A stretch of DNA of 64,000 bases from Alphaproteobacteria bacterium (GCA_019650635.1 BOXE01000002.1:133547-197546), one strand, 5' to 3'; shown: positions 10,801-21,752, numbered from the stretch's first letter. Notes: generated by a model from the sequence alone, not told the origin. Made by a program: numbers and translations.

Positions 10801-11530
10801 TCAGTTATTTTTTATACCAACTAAACTAATTTGCCTACCACAATTTTTTATTTTATTTACGTAACAATATCTATGACTGAAGAATTTTTCAGGATTAGTG
10901 TAAGTATTCTCTTTTGATATATCATAATTAGTTATTTTTAGATCAATTAATTTGGATTCTATTAAACCAGAAAAATTAAAAATTTTTTTTTGTCTTTTAC
11001 TTTCTATAAAATTGTCATAATTTTTTATTTTTTTTTTTATATTATCAACAAAATCCTTCTTAACTTCAAATGAATCCATTGACAAGTGAGGACCGACAAA
11101 GACGTTTAAATGATTTTCTGTTTCTCCTAATGAATTAAATTTCATAATTGTATTTTCTATAATTCCATTTATTAAACCTTTCCAGCCAGCATGTATAATA
11201 CCAAAATATTTTTTTCCTAAAACAATTATTGGAGCGCAATCAGCAGTTAATATTCCAAGAAGTATATCCTTTCTATTCGTGATCATTGCATCAGAAGATA
11301 TATCTTTAGAAAAATTTCTATCAACATATGAAACTATATTTGAGTGAACTTGATTAGTTAGTATTATTTTTTTTTTTATTCAAATAATTAGAAGTAAAAT
11401 TTCTATTCTTTTTTACGATTGCGTCACTATCTCCTCTGTTATAAGCACAATTTAAGGATGAAAATTTATGTTCTCTATTTCTAGAGAAAAAACAGAAAAT
11501 ATAATTTTTATATAATCTAATTTCATTCAT
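10801..11530 (-). CDS. pgeF: purine nucleoside phosphorylase / laccase-domain protein YfiH (PgeF), frameshifted
   Basis: DUF152 motifs TADCAPI and HAGWKG are present. The N-terminal 58 aa ([10 protein letters not shown]...) lie in another frame upstream, with the break at the T11 run 11367-11377. Confidence 0.75.
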
Positions 11531-12575
11531 TTATAATTTAAAAACTTTAGAATCAATTTTTTCCCTACTTATATAAATACATTTTATTAAGCCTCCCATC
11601 CCACTTGGAGATGTTAGTCTTTCAAATTGTTTGTTTAAACTTTCAACCTTCTCAGTTGAAGATGTTTGTGAAATTATATTTAAAACTCTTTCATTTATTC
11701 CATGAAAAAAAAGAAAATCTTTTTGCGTAATAGGCCCATAACTAATTAATCCCAATTTATTTGCAATACTTGTGAAATCTTTAAAATTTACATGATATGT
11801 GATGTCTGATTGGAATGGAAAGTCGAGGATGTCGCACTTTTTAGAATTATGTAATGCTTGTAAAGTGTTAATATTACTTTTTGAAAATGGGCCATAGTCA
11901 AAAATTAAAAAACCACCACCATACTGCTTTATATGTTTTAATATTTTAATGAGATAAAGCTGTGACAAGGGGGATATTTCAATAATATCTCCATTTTTAT
12001 AATTTTTATTAAATTTTTCGGAAGTTTTAACATTTACTATTTCGTACTTATTTGAATAAGTAACTCTTTTTTCAAACCATGAATTATTTACCTTTTCAAA
12101 TTGATTTATTGGAAGAGCATCAAAAAATTCATTGCAGAAAAAAAAAATGGGCTCTTTTTTAAATTTTGGTTTTTTTAAAAAACTAATCTTGCAAGATGAT
12201 GTATTGAAATTACTTAAATTATCTATTTGAAGGTTTTTTAAAAATATGGATTTTTCATATAAATAAAATGACATTGAGTCCTTAATAAATTTTTTCAAAA
12301 TTATAATTAGATCTTTCATTAGCGTTCCATTTCCTGGCCCTAACTCACAAAATGAACTTATTTTATATTTTTTCAAAATTAGCAAAAAAAAAAATTGCTA
12401 TACATTCACCAAATAATTGACTTACTTCAGGTGAAGTTATGAAGTGTGTTCCAATTGAATTTTTTTGATAAAATCCCTGATCTTTTTTATACAAACAATA
12501 ATTAATAAACCTACTCAAAGAAATATGATTAATTTTTAAGAAATCTCTAATATCCAACATTTTTTTTTTTAACAA
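11531..12575 (-). CDS. class I SAM-dependent methyltransferase, MidA/NDUFAF7 (DUF185) family, frameshifted
   Basis: LGPGNGTLM glycine-rich SAM loop. The N-terminal 70-aa piece (12363..12575) and the 284-aa piece are joined across the A11 run 12384-12394. The lgt–MidA–pgeF neighbourhood fits an alphaproteobacterial arrangement. Confidence 0.7.
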
Positions 12576-13320
12576 ACATTAATCCCAAAAGAATCATTGG
12601 CAAACAAAGTAATTGTCCCATTGAAATATTCATAAAAATAAATCCTAGATGACTGTCAGGTTCTCTGTAAAATTCAATTGTAAATCGAAAAAAACCGTAC
12701 ATGATAAGAAATAGTGAAGAAACATTAATAGAGGTGTAATATTTCTTTTTAATAATATATAAAATTACAATAAAAATTATTAAGCCTTCAAAAATGGCTT
12801 CATAAATTTGACTTGGATGTCTAAGTACATCATTTTCGAAAAATAATACACCCCAATCAGAATTTGTTGGTCGTCCTATAAGTTCTTTGTTTACAAAATT
12901 TGCCAGCCTACCCAAAAAGAGTCCAATTGGTGCACATGAAGAAACTAAATTTAAAAGATTCAAAAAGTCAATTTTTTTTAATTTTGAAAAAAAGAAAATT
13001 GATAAAATTATTCCAATCAAACCTCCATGAAAAGACATTCCACCTTGCCAAATTTTTAAAATTTCAATGGGGTTATCTAAATAGAAATTTAAATTATAGA
13101 AAATAACATAACCCATTCTTCCACCAATAACCACTCCGATAACAGCCCAACCAAGAAAATCTTCAAAAATTTTAAAACTTATATTTACAAAATCTTTATT
13201 TAAAATGAATTTGACATAGAAGTAGCTAAAAATAAATCCAAATAAATATGATAAAGAATACCAATAGATCTTAAAGTTAAATAAAGAAAATGCTATTGGA
13301 TTTAATTCGTGGATATACAT
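12547..13320 (-). CDS. lgt: prolipoprotein diacylglyceryl transferase
   Basis: Polytopic membrane protein with the Lgt signature GGRMGYVIFYN and a conserved H/Y-rich N-terminus. Confidence 0.88.
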   Translation of the reverse strand: MYIHELNPIAFSLFNFKIYWYSLSYLFGFIFSYFYVKFILNKDFVNISFKIFEDFLGWAVIGVVIGGRMGYVIFYNLNFYLDNPIEILKIWQGGMSFHGGLIGIILSIFFFSKLKKIDFLNLLNLVSSCAPIGLFLGRLANFVNKELIGRPTNSDWGVLFFENDVLRHPSQIYEAIFEGLIIFIVILYIIKKKYYTSINVSSLFLIMYGFFRFTIEFYREPDSHLGFIFMNISMGQLLCLPMILLGLMFVKKKNVGY

Positions 13321-13321
13321 G

Positions 13322-14284
13322 TTAGAATTTTATTAAATAATTTTGTATATAATCATTGATACCATCTTTTAGATTAAAAAATTTTTTATTATAACCAACT
13401 TTTCTAAGTTTATTCAAAGATGCTTTAGTAAAATATTGATACTGTTTTCTGATTTTTTTTGGTGTATCAATGTATTCAATTTTTTCACTTATATTACAAT
13501 TTCTGTATACGCATTTTGCAAGATAATTAAAACTTTGCGGTATTGAACTTCCAACATTAAACAAACCATTAATTTTTGGTTTATTTAAAAACCAATTGAT
13601 AACATTAATTACATCTTTTACATAAATAAAGTCTCTTACCTGTTCACCGTCTTTGAATTCTGGATTGTGAGATTTGAAAAGTTTTACTATTTTGTCATTT
13701 CGAATCTTTTCAAAAATTTTTAGAATAATACTTCTCATATCTTTTTTATGAAATTCATTTGGACCGTAAACATTGAAAAACTTAAGACCTACGCATTGAG
13801 GAGGTCTATTTTTTTGTTTTGACTCATTCCAAATAAATCTATCAATTACATGTTTCGACCACCCATATAAATTTAAAGGTATAAGTTGAGATAAATAATA
13901 ATCGTCCGAAATGTCATTAAAACCATTTTCTCCACTTCCGTATGTAGCAGCGGATGATGCATATATAAGTCTTTTTTCGTGCTTTGTGCACCATTCATAG
14001 AGCATTAAAGATAATCTAATATTATTATTAATTATTAGATTCAAATCTCTTTCTGTTGTTGAAGTTATAGCTCCAAGGTGAATAATTACTGAAATCTTTT
14101 TTTTATTTGTTTTTAAAAAAGTATGTAAACTTAATGGATCTATAACTTTAAAATTAAAGTTCTGAAAGTATTTATTACTAATATTATTATGCCAATCAAC
14201 TGAGACTACTTCTTCACCACTATTAACAAGATAATTAATAATATTTGACCCAATGAATCCCGCACCACCTGTGATTAAAAACAT
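13322..14284 (-). CDS. NAD-dependent epimerase/dehydratase, ADP-L-glycero-D-manno-heptose-6-epimerase-like
   Basis: N-terminal Rossmann motif TGGAGFIGSN, catalytic YxxxK (YGWSK) and a length of about 320 aa. Confidence 0.65.
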   Translation of the reverse strand: MFLITGGAGFIGSNIINYLVNSGEEVVSVDWHNNISNKYFQNFNFKVIDPLSLHTFLKTNKKKISVIIHLGAITSTTERDLNLIINNNIRLSLMLYEWCTKHEKRLIYASSAATYGSGENGFNDISDDYYLSQLIPLNLYGWSKHVIDRFIWNESKQKNRPPQCVGLKFFNVYGPNEFHKKDMRSIILKIFEKIRNDKIVKLFKSHNPEFKDGEQVRDFIYVKDVINVINWFLNKPKINGLFNVGSSIPQSFNYLAKCVYRNCNISEKIEYIDTPKKIRKQYQYFTKASLNKLRKVGYNKKFFNLKDGINDYIQNYLIKF

Positions 14285-14475
14285 TAATTTAAGACCTCCA
14301 GTATTAAAAAACTAATAAAATATGTAAAAATAATAAAACTCGAAATATTAAATAAATAGATTTTTTTTTTAAAATGTTGATTCTTTTTAAGTGAATTATA
14401 AAAAAAAATAATCCATGTGAAAAAACTTATAATATATAAAACTATTAAAATTAAAATTATTGTATCTTTTATCAT
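14284..14475 (-). CDS. hypothetical small membrane protein (2 predicted TM helices)
   Basis: A 63-aa ORF that shares a 1-nt overlap (ATGA) with the downstream epimerase gene. It is hydrophobic, with no recognisable family. Confidence 0.3.
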   Translation of the reverse strand: MIKDTIILILIVLYIISFFTWIIFFYNSLKKNQHFKKKIYLFNISSFIIFTYFISFLILEVLN

Positions 14476-14632
14476 ATAATCAATATATTGTGTAAAATTT
14501 AAATTTTGATACTAATTGTAGTTGTTTAATACATGAATATATTCTATTATTAAGTCGTGAGTTTTGACAATCAAAAAAAAATATTAAGTAAGAACAATCC
14601 CATTGATTTCATAGAAGAATACGTTTTGAATT

Positions 14633-15058
14633 ATGAAATTGAGAAAGTTAGAGATTCTCGAGATGAAATTATTATTTTTCCAAGGTGTTTGGAGAAATTA
14701 TGATATTTCTTTTAGATGGGACAGAAAAAGAAAAATAATTGAAATTATCACTTATTTTGAAATGTCAAAAAAAAATAGAATTAATAAATCAATTTATTCA
14801 TTAATTTCCGATGTTAATAAGAAAGCAACTATAGGTTTTTTTAATTATTGCACAGAGCTTAATACCATCTTCTTTAGTTACAAAATTTCAATTAAAGGCC
14901 AAGATTTTATTTCAGTAGAGCAAATAAAAAATTTTATAAATATTGTAATCTCTGAATGTGATAGATTTTTTCCAGTTTTTTTTGTTTTCTTTTATAAAAA
15001 ACAAGATCCTATTCATGCTTTAGATATAGCATTATTAGACACAATTGGAGAGGCATGA
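14633..15058 (+). CDS. hypothetical protein, possibly YbjN-like (putative sensory-transduction regulator fold)
   Basis: A 141-aa ORF immediately upstream of proC, overlapping its start. Size and position fit the YbjN-domain genes found upstream of proC in other alphaproteobacteria. No diagnostic motif could be verified by eye. Confidence 0.35.
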   Translation: MKLRKLEILEMKLLFFQGVWRNYDISFRWDRKRKIIEIITYFEMSKKNRINKSIYSLISDVNKKATIGFFNYCTELNTIFFSYKISIKGQDFISVEQIKNFINIVISECDRFFPVFFVFFYKKQDPIHALDIALLDTIGEA

Positions 15059-15861
15059 CATCACTTTTAATTGGTTGTGGAAATTTAGGGAAAATTATCT
15101 TAGAAGGGTTTAGTAAGAAGAAAAAGAAGATTTTAGTATTAGAAAAAAATATTAAAGTTTGTAAAGATATTAAGAAAAAATTTTCAGATGTTGAATGTTT
15201 TAGTGATCCAAAAAAAGTTAATTGGATTAAAGTCAATTATATAATGATTTGTGTCAAACCAAACGATTCAAAAAAAGTCATTAGCGAAATAAAGAATTAT
15301 TGTAATAAAAAACATGTGATTCTCTCTTTCATTGCCGGTCTTGAAACTAAAACTATTTCAAAATGGATAGTATCTAAAAACTCGATATTAAGAATAATGC
15401 CCAATATTTTCGTCTCTTCAAATAATAGTTCGACTGCGGTATATGCTAAAAACTTAAATACAAATATAAAAAATAAAATAGTAAGGGATTTTAGTGAATT
15501 TGGGGATATTGTTTGGATGAAAAAAGAAGAAAAAATAGATTTCTTTACAGCTATGTTTGGAGGTGGGCCAGCATATTTTTTTTATATTTTAAATTGTTTT
15601 AACAAAATCATTAAAAAAAACGGATTTACTGAAAGGCAATCATTATCTGCTATAAAGCTTTTACTCAAAGGAGTTCTAGAGAACATAAATAAAGAAAATT
15701 TTAAATTTAGTGACTCAATACAAAAAGTTGCAAGTAAAGGAGGAACCACAGAAGAGGGTTTAAAAGTTTTATCAAAAAGAAATAATCTGTTTATGTTATT
15801 TGAGAAAGCAATTTTATCCGCAGAGAATAAGTCGAAAAGAATTTCAAAAAAATTAAAATAA
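15055..15861 (+). CDS. proC: pyrroline-5-carboxylate reductase
   Basis: N-terminal Rossmann GCGNLG, the P5CR motifs GGGPAYFFY and the C-terminal GGTTEEGLKVL. Confidence 0.88.
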   Translation: MTSLLIGCGNLGKIILEGFSKKKKKILVLEKNIKVCKDIKKKFSDVECFSDPKKVNWIKVNYIMICVKPNDSKKVISEIKNYCNKKHVILSFIAGLETKTISKWIVSKNSILRIMPNIFVSSNNSSTAVYAKNLNTNIKNKIVRDFSEFGDIVWMKKEEKIDFFTAMFGGGPAYFFYILNCFNKIIKKNGFTERQSLSAIKLLLKGVLENINKENFKFSDSIQKVASKGGTTEEGLKVLSKRNNLFMLFEKAILSAENKSKRISKKLK

Positions 15862-15863
15862 CA

Positions 15864-17165
15864 TTACTCTTTATACTTAAGCGTTATTGAAAATAAGCAA
15901 CCATTTAAATTTTTGGCATTACTACAATTAATTTTTGCATTTATTTTTTTTGCTAAATCTTTTGCAATACTAAGCCCTAAGCCTGATCCGCTTTTATTAA
16001 TATTTCTAGAATTATCTATTTTATAGAATGGTTTAAAAATTTGTTTCATTAATTTTTCGTCAATTCCTGGTCCGTTGTCCTCAATATTAATAACAACATT
16101 CTGGATGTTTTTGTGTACACTAATATTTATTTTAGATCCATATCTTGAAGCATTTTCAAATAAATTAAAAATAATTCTAAATAGGCTGTTTTTATCTGTG
16201 TAGATTCTTAAATTTTTAGAACATCTGATTTTGATTTCTTTATTTTTTGATTTTGAAGATTGAACAACTTCATTAATTAATTCGAGAATATTTACTGTTT
16301 CAAACTTACTACTATTATTTTTTTTAGAATACTCCAGATACTCCTTAAGAAATAATTGCATTGTTTCAACATCCTTTTTAATCTGAACAGTACCCTCGTT
16401 ATTATCAAGTAATTCTAACCTCAGTTTAATCCTAGTTATTATTGTTCCTAAATCATGAGAAATTCCTGCAAGAAAACTAGTTTTTTGCTCTATATAATTA
16501 TTTATTCTTCTCTGCATCTTTAAAAAAGCATTTCCTGCAGCCCTGATTTCCGAGGCACCTTCAGGCTTAAAATTTTTTATTTTATTTCCTTTTCCAAAAT
16601 TTTCGGCTGATTGCGCTAGTCTAAATATCGCTCTGATTTGTATTCTTAAAAATAAAAATGCAATTAGTGATAAAACTAATGAGGTAAATATAATCCAGAG
16701 AATATAAATAGTTGGCGTCTCACTGAGTAAGTATTTTTTTGGAAAATCAATTTTTAAGTAATCATTTTTGACCGGTAAAAAAAAGGAAACAAAATTTTCT
16801 TGAAAGTCTATTTTTATATTTTCGTCAACCCTATTTTTAATTGTTTGAAAAATTTTATTTTCCAACCTAGATTTTACATTAAAGTCGTTATTTATATTTT
16901 TCCTTAAAGATACTTTGATATTAAGTTTTTGTGCAATATTTTTAGTTTCCTCTAATGAATTTTTCATATAAAAATCTTTTAGAAGATTTATATTATTTCC
17001 TGCGATATTTGAGAATCTGTTTATAATTTTTTCCCAATGTCTATCATAGAAAAAGAAAATTACAGAGCATTGTATTATTATTAGTGGTACCAAAAATATT
17101 AATAGTAATCTTGGTAGCAGTCTCTTTGGAAGTAAATCTTTTACAACTTTCTTAATCATATTCAC
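15864..17165 (-). CDS. sensor histidine kinase (EnvZ-like; TM-periplasmic-TM-HAMP-HisKA-HATPase)
   Basis: H-box ISHDLGTIITRI, N-box NLFENASRY, G-boxes DNGPGI and GSGLGLSI. Two TM segments flank a periplasmic domain. Confidence 0.88.
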   Translation of the reverse strand: MNMIKKVVKDLLPKRLLPRLLLIFLVPLIIIQCSVIFFFYDRHWEKIINRFSNIAGNNINLLKDFYMKNSLEETKNIAQKLNIKVSLRKNINNDFNVKSRLENKIFQTIKNRVDENIKIDFQENFVSFFLPVKNDYLKIDFPKKYLLSETPTIYILWIIFTSLVLSLIAFLFLRIQIRAIFRLAQSAENFGKGNKIKNFKPEGASEIRAAGNAFLKMQRRINNYIEQKTSFLAGISHDLGTIITRIKLRLELLDNNEGTVQIKKDVETMQLFLKEYLEYSKKNNSSKFETVNILELINEVVQSSKSKNKEIKIRCSKNLRIYTDKNSLFRIIFNLFENASRYGSKINISVHKNIQNVVINIEDNGPGIDEKLMKQIFKPFYKIDNSRNINKSGSGLGLSIAKDLAKKINAKINCSNAKNLNGCLFSITLKYKE

Positions 17166-17838
17166 TTACAAGCATGTAACCTTTACCTCTTATAGTTCTT
17201 AGAAAAGAATGATCTTGATCTGATATTAGTTTTTTTCTCAATCTAGTAATGGTTACATCAACTGATCTAAGATTAATACCATCCCCTAATAAATTAGATA
17301 TTTCTTCTCGTGATATTTCTTTATTCAAATTTTGAGTTAAATATTCAATAATAAGAATTTCTGTTGATGTAAGGCTAATACTAATATTATTTTTAGAAAG
17401 AACTTTTAACTTTAAATCAAATTCAAAATCACCAAAATAAACTTTTTTAGATGAAATGTTCTTATTAAACCTTGGATTCAATAGTTTTTTTATTCTCAAA
17501 AGTAATTCTGAAGGTTCAAATGGTTTAACTAAATAATCATCACATCCGTTAGAATAAGATGCTTTTTTTTTCTCGATTTGGTTATCTGCTGTTAACATTA
17601 ATACAGGTGTGTTAAAATCTAATGTTCTGAAATGATTAAGAAATTGTATTCCATCTTTTTTTGGCATCATTATATCAAGTATTACGAGGTCAAATAGAAA
17701 AAAATTAGTTAATTTTTCAGCTTCAAACGAATCTTTAGCAACACTAACTCTAAAATTATTACTGGATAGATATATTTCTAGCAATTCTCTTATTTTATTA
17801 TCATCATCAATACACAATAAATGAGGTAAATTCTTCAT
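17152..17838 (-). CDS. OmpR-family response regulator (REC + winged helix)
   Basis: Receiver Asp pocket (CIDDD ... LDIMMP) and a C-terminal trans_reg_C domain (RLRKKL, RGKGY). Its start overlaps the kinase gene by 14 nt. Confidence 0.9.
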   Translation of the reverse strand: MKNLPHLLCIDDDNKIRELLEIYLSSNNFRVSVAKDSFEAEKLTNFFLFDLVILDIMMPKKDGIQFLNHFRTLDFNTPVLMLTADNQIEKKKASYSNGCDDYLVKPFEPSELLLRIKKLLNPRFNKNISSKKVYFGDFEFDLKLKVLSKNNISISLTSTEILIIEYLTQNLNKEISREEISNLLGDGINLRSVDVTITRLRKKLISDQDHSFLRTIRGKGYMLVSEYD

Positions 17839-17912
17839 ATAATAAATATCAAGCTATTTATAATTTTAATTTCAATGTTATATTAATAAATCTTAACTTT
17901 AATGATTAAATT

Positions 17913-18785
17913 ATGCAAATGATCCCTTTTGATAAAAGAACTGGTTATATATGGATAAACGGTGTTTTTAAAGAATGGAAAGATTGTAAAACTCATGTTT
18001 TAAACCACGGATTACACTACGGTAGTTGCGTTTTTGAAGGAATAAGAATTTATGATGGTAAAATCTTTAAGTTAGAAGAGCACACAGAAAGGCTTTTTGA
18101 ATCTGCGAAAATTCTAGACCTGAATATTCCTTTTGAAAAAGAAAAAATTAATGAAATTATTCGACAGTTAACAATCAAGCAAAAAGTGGACAACGGATAT
18201 ATAAGACCAGTTGCATGGCGTGGAAGTGAAAAAATGGCAATTTCAGCTATTGACGCAACTACAAATATAGCTATAGCAGCTTGGCCATGGCCGTCTTACT
18301 TTTCACCAGAAAAGATTTTAGAGGGAATTAGACTAACTAAATCTAATTGGGTAAGACCATCTCCAGACTCTGCTCCAACAAATAGTAAAGCCGCGGGTTT
18401 ATATATGATTTGTTCATTAAGCAAACACGAAGCTGAAAAGAATGGATTTGATGATGCCCTTATGCTTGATTATCGGGGATACATTGCCGAGGCAACAGGG
18501 GCAAATATTTTTTTTGTTAAAAGTAATAAACTATATACACCACTACCAGATTGTTTTCTTAATGGAATAACTAGAAAGACAGTAATTGATATTGCAAATA
18601 AATTAGGAATCGAAATAAATGAAGGTCATTTCAAATATGATTTCTTAAAAAATTGTGAAGAAGTTTTTTTGACTGGTACAGCTGTGGAAATTACTCCTGT
18701 TATCTCAATTGACAATTTTAAATTTAAAGTAGGAGAAACTACTAAATTACTTTTAAATGAGTTCAACAAGATTGTTAGAGACTAA
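17913..18785 (+). CDS. ilvE: branched-chain amino acid aminotransferase (class IV PLP enzyme)
   Basis: 290 aa, with the class-IV aminotransferase signature including EGIRIY and the conserved Lys region. Confidence 0.85.
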   Translation: MQMIPFDKRTGYIWINGVFKEWKDCKTHVLNHGLHYGSCVFEGIRIYDGKIFKLEEHTERLFESAKILDLNIPFEKEKINEIIRQLTIKQKVDNGYIRPVAWRGSEKMAISAIDATTNIAIAAWPWPSYFSPEKILEGIRLTKSNWVRPSPDSAPTNSKAAGLYMICSLSKHEAEKNGFDDALMLDYRGYIAEATGANIFFVKSNKLYTPLPDCFLNGITRKTVIDIANKLGIEINEGHFKYDFLKNCEEVFLTGTAVEITPVISIDNFKFKVGETTKLLLNEFNKIVRD

Positions 18786-19227
18786 AATCAATAAATTCTC
18801 TATCAGTTTCTTTTTGGTTTACCCACTCAGAACCATTTGCGAAATTTTCTTTTTTCCAAAAAGTAGCTTTAACTTTGAGCCAATCCATTAATTCTTCTCC
18901 AAATCTAAAACTTTCTTTTCTGTGTTGTGAGGCTACAACTATGAGGACAATATTTTCTCCTGGTTTTACTTTTCCATATCGGTGAATAACTAAATAATCA
19001 TCAATTAAGTATTTTTTCATCAATTTGTTTATTATTTTTTTTATTTGAACTTGAGCCATTTTTTCATAAAGCTCGATGTCTATACTTAATATGTTATTGT
19101 TTTGATTTTTAGGTCTTACTTTTCCAATAAATGAGAATATTGCTCCAGAATCTTTATTATCTAATGAAAATTTGTTTATATAATCACTTTCGATAAATTT
19201 GTTTTTTTGAAATATGATTTTCATCAT
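18775..19227 (-). CDS. moaE: molybdopterin synthase catalytic subunit
   Basis: MoaE motifs VVASQHRKESF and ATFWKKE. Confidence 0.85.
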   Translation of the reverse strand: MMKIIFQKNKFIESDYINKFSLDNKDSGAIFSFIGKVRPKNQNNNILSIDIELYEKMAQVQIKKIINKLMKKYLIDDYLVIHRYGKVKPGENIVLIVVASQHRKESFRFGEELMDWLKVKATFWKKENFANGSEWVNQKETDREFIDFSL

Positions 19228-19472
19228 CCACCTGATACCGGAGGAAAGATTGCTAGTTCGTCACTATCTGTTACAAAAGTATCTAAATCAACGTATTCGC
19301 AATTTACAGCATATTGAAGTGAATTAGTTTCTTTAAAAGCAAAATTGTAAACATCATTCCGCTTCTTCAATTCATTAATGACTTGTGAAATTTTTTTCTT
19401 TCGCTCAATACAGATAGTTTCTTCACTTTTTCCAATTAATTGTTTTAGTTTAGCAAAATATAAGATTTTCAA
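19224..19472 (-). CDS. moaD: molybdopterin synthase sulfur-carrier subunit
   Basis: An 82-aa ubiquitin-like protein ending in the C-terminal Gly-Gly (…PPVSGG). It overlaps moaE by 4 nt. Confidence 0.85.
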   Translation of the reverse strand: MKILYFAKLKQLIGKSEETICIERKKKISQVINELKKRNDVYNFAFKETNSLQYAVNCEYVDLDTFVTDSDELAIFPPVSGG

Positions 19473-20698
19473 TTTAACATATCCTCGTATCTATAAAATT
19501 TAAGTAATGTGCCTTTTTTAATATATTCTTTTTTTTCATCTAACTCTATGATTCCATGACTTTGACTAATTGAAGAAATAATCCCTGATCCTGTTGAAGA
19601 AAATTTAGTTAAAAAATATAAATTTTTTTTTTTAATAATCATACCCCTTAACCATTCAGTTCGCCCTTTTCTTTTTTTCATTTCAAAATCACATGGAAGA
19701 ATTCTCTCTATTGTTTGCTTTTCTTTTAAACCTGATAACACTTTGATATAGTCAATTACCAGCATGAAGAAAGTAATGATTGCCGCAACTGGATTCCCTG
19801 GAAGACCAATGAAAGGAGTGTTTTTTATTTTCCCGAATGCAAACGGTCTACCAGGTTTAATTGATAATCTCCAAAATTTAATTTGCGCGTTATTTTCAAA
19901 AAACTTTCCAATCTTATCTGTCTTACTCTTTGAAATGCCCCCACTTGTAATTATTACATCTAGAGACTTAATTTTGTTTAAGATTAATTTTTTTGTTTCA
20001 GAATAATTATCTTTTATTATACCAAGATCATTCACTTCACAACCTATTTTCTTAAATAAAGAAACTAAAACTAGTTTATTTGCATCATATATCTCATATT
20101 TAGATTTTTTTAGAAATTCACATAACTCGTCTCCAGATGAAAAAATACCAACACGAATTTTTTTGAATACCTTTATTTTTTTAACACCTATGGAAGATAG
20201 TTGTGCAAGATCCATTGACCTAATTTTTCTTCCAGTTAAAAAGATTCTTTGTTTTTTTTTTACGTCTTCACCTTTTATTCTTATGTTATTTCCAGTTTTA
20301 AACTTTCTAGTAATCCTTACTTTTTTTCCATCTGAAAAACAATCTTCTTCCATGCATACAGTATTTACTCTGGTTATATCTCTCAAAATGTAAGCACCAG
20401 TATAAATCTTGATAGCTTGATTTTTCTTAATTTTTTTCAAGAAAGGTTTACCAGGTCTTGATTCTCCTATGATTTCTAATTCTCTTTCAATTTCATTTGA
20501 ATTTATAAAACCAAAGCCATCAACTGCTGAATTGTCAAATTCAGGAACATGTATTTCTGAAAAAATATCTTTAGCCAAAATTCTATCTTCACAATCCTTT
20601 AAGTTTTTAATTTCGGTTTTATTTATATGATTTATAGAACATAACATTGCTTTCTTAGCATTTTTAAATGAAAGAAGATTTTTATGTGGATCACTCAT
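19469..20698 (-). CDS. moeA: molybdopterin molybdotransferase
   Basis: 409 aa with the MoeA N/C domains and a MoCF_biosynth core (ITSGGIS). It lies in the moaDE/mobB cluster. Confidence 0.8.
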   Translation of the reverse strand: MSDPHKNLLSFKNAKKAMLCSINHINKTEIKNLKDCEDRILAKDIFSEIHVPEFDNSAVDGFGFINSNEIERELEIIGESRPGKPFLKKIKKNQAIKIYTGAYILRDITRVNTVCMEEDCFSDGKKVRITRKFKTGNNIRIKGEDVKKKQRIFLTGRKIRSMDLAQLSSIGVKKIKVFKKIRVGIFSSGDELCEFLKKSKYEIYDANKLVLVSLFKKIGCEVNDLGIIKDNYSETKKLILNKIKSLDVIITSGGISKSKTDKIGKFFENNAQIKFWRLSIKPGRPFAFGKIKNTPFIGLPGNPVAAIITFFMLVIDYIKVLSGLKEKQTIERILPCDFEMKKRKGRTEWLRGMIIKKKNLYFLTKFSSTGSGIISSISQSHGIIELDEKKEYIKKGTLLKFYRYEDMLN

Positions 20699-21201
20699 CT
20701 TTTGAAGTATTCTAATATAAAATTTCCAATATTTTCAGTTTCAGAAAATTTAAATATTGGAAGTTTAGAAAGTTTAATATCTGAAATTTCTTGATCTATT
20801 ACAATTGCTTTTATGTTTGTATCATTTTTGTAAATATATGGTTTTTTTATTGAAGACCTTATAACCTCAAGTTTTGGAAATTTACTATGTTTTAATCCTT
20901 CAATAAGGATAAGTTGGTCTTTTTTTTCAAATTTCTCAAGAATTTTATAAATACTTGTTGATTTTTGTTGTAGTTTGCTGATCAATGCCCATTTCTTTTC
21001 ATTATATAAAATAACTTCATTGGCGCCAGATTGAACGTGTTTTTGACTATCTTTTCCCTCTTTATCTATTTCAAAGTCGTGATGAGTATGCTTTATTGAT
21101 GAAACAATTATTTTTTTTTGTGAATAATAGGATATAATTCTTGTAGTTAAGTCTGTTTTTCCACTGCCGCTCCACCCAACAATGCCGAAAACTTTGTTCA
21201 T
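20695..21201 (-). CDS. mobB: molybdopterin-guanine dinucleotide biosynthesis adapter protein
   Basis: Walker A GWSGSGKT at the N-terminus; length about 168 aa. Confidence 0.8.
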   Translation of the reverse strand: MNKVFGIVGWSGSGKTDLTTRIISYYSQKKIIVSSIKHTHHDFEIDKEGKDSQKHVQSGANEVILYNEKKWALISKLQQKSTSIYKILEKFEKKDQLILIEGLKHSKFPKLEVIRSSIKKPYIYKNDTNIKAIVIDQEISDIKLSKLPIFKFSETENIGNFILEYFKR

Positions 21202-21752
21202 TTGAATAATCTAAGATTCTTTTTAAAATAAATATAACCAGTATGGATAGTCATTATTGACGCAACTGTTAAACCAAAATATCCGATAAATAAAATATAA
21301 CTTGTTTCAAAATCATTTGATACTATCAAAAAACCTAGTGAAGACATCTGAATTAAAGTTTTCCATTTTGATAAATTTGTAACAAGCAGTGTTTCCGTAG
21401 AATGTGCAAAGAAATCTCTTAAACCTGAGACTAAAATTTCTCTTATAACTATTATTAGAGCTGGGTATACAAATATGCCCTTTATGATTCCGTTTGATAT
21501 GAGTATGAATATAACTGATACTACTAGAATTTTGTCTGCTACAGGGTCAAGAAATCTTCCAAAACTTGATTCAAGTTCGAACTTTCTTGCCAAGTAACCG
21601 TCTAAAAAATCAGATAAACAAGCTATGATATATAATACAAGAGCCAACCAACTGTAAAATTTAGTATCAATTTCTAAAAAAATTATGATTATTGGAATTA
21701 TTAAAATTCTTAGTAGAGTAAGAATGTTTGGAATATTTTCTTTTTTAAACAT
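21198..21752 (-). CDS. pgsA: CDP-diacylglycerol--glycerol-3-phosphate 3-phosphatidyltransferase
   Basis: CDP-alcohol phosphatidyltransferase motif DFLDGYLAR...G...D...AD. uvrC-pgsA adjacency is also conserved. Confidence 0.88.
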   Translation of the reverse strand: MFKKENIPNILTLLRILIIPIIIIFLEIDTKFYSWLALVLYIIACLSDFLDGYLARKFELESSFGRFLDPVADKILVVSVIFILISNGIIKGIFVYPALIIVIREILVSGLRDFFAHSTETLLVTNLSKWKTLIQMSSLGFLIVSNDFETSYILFIGYFGLTVASIMTIHTGYIYFKKNLRLFK

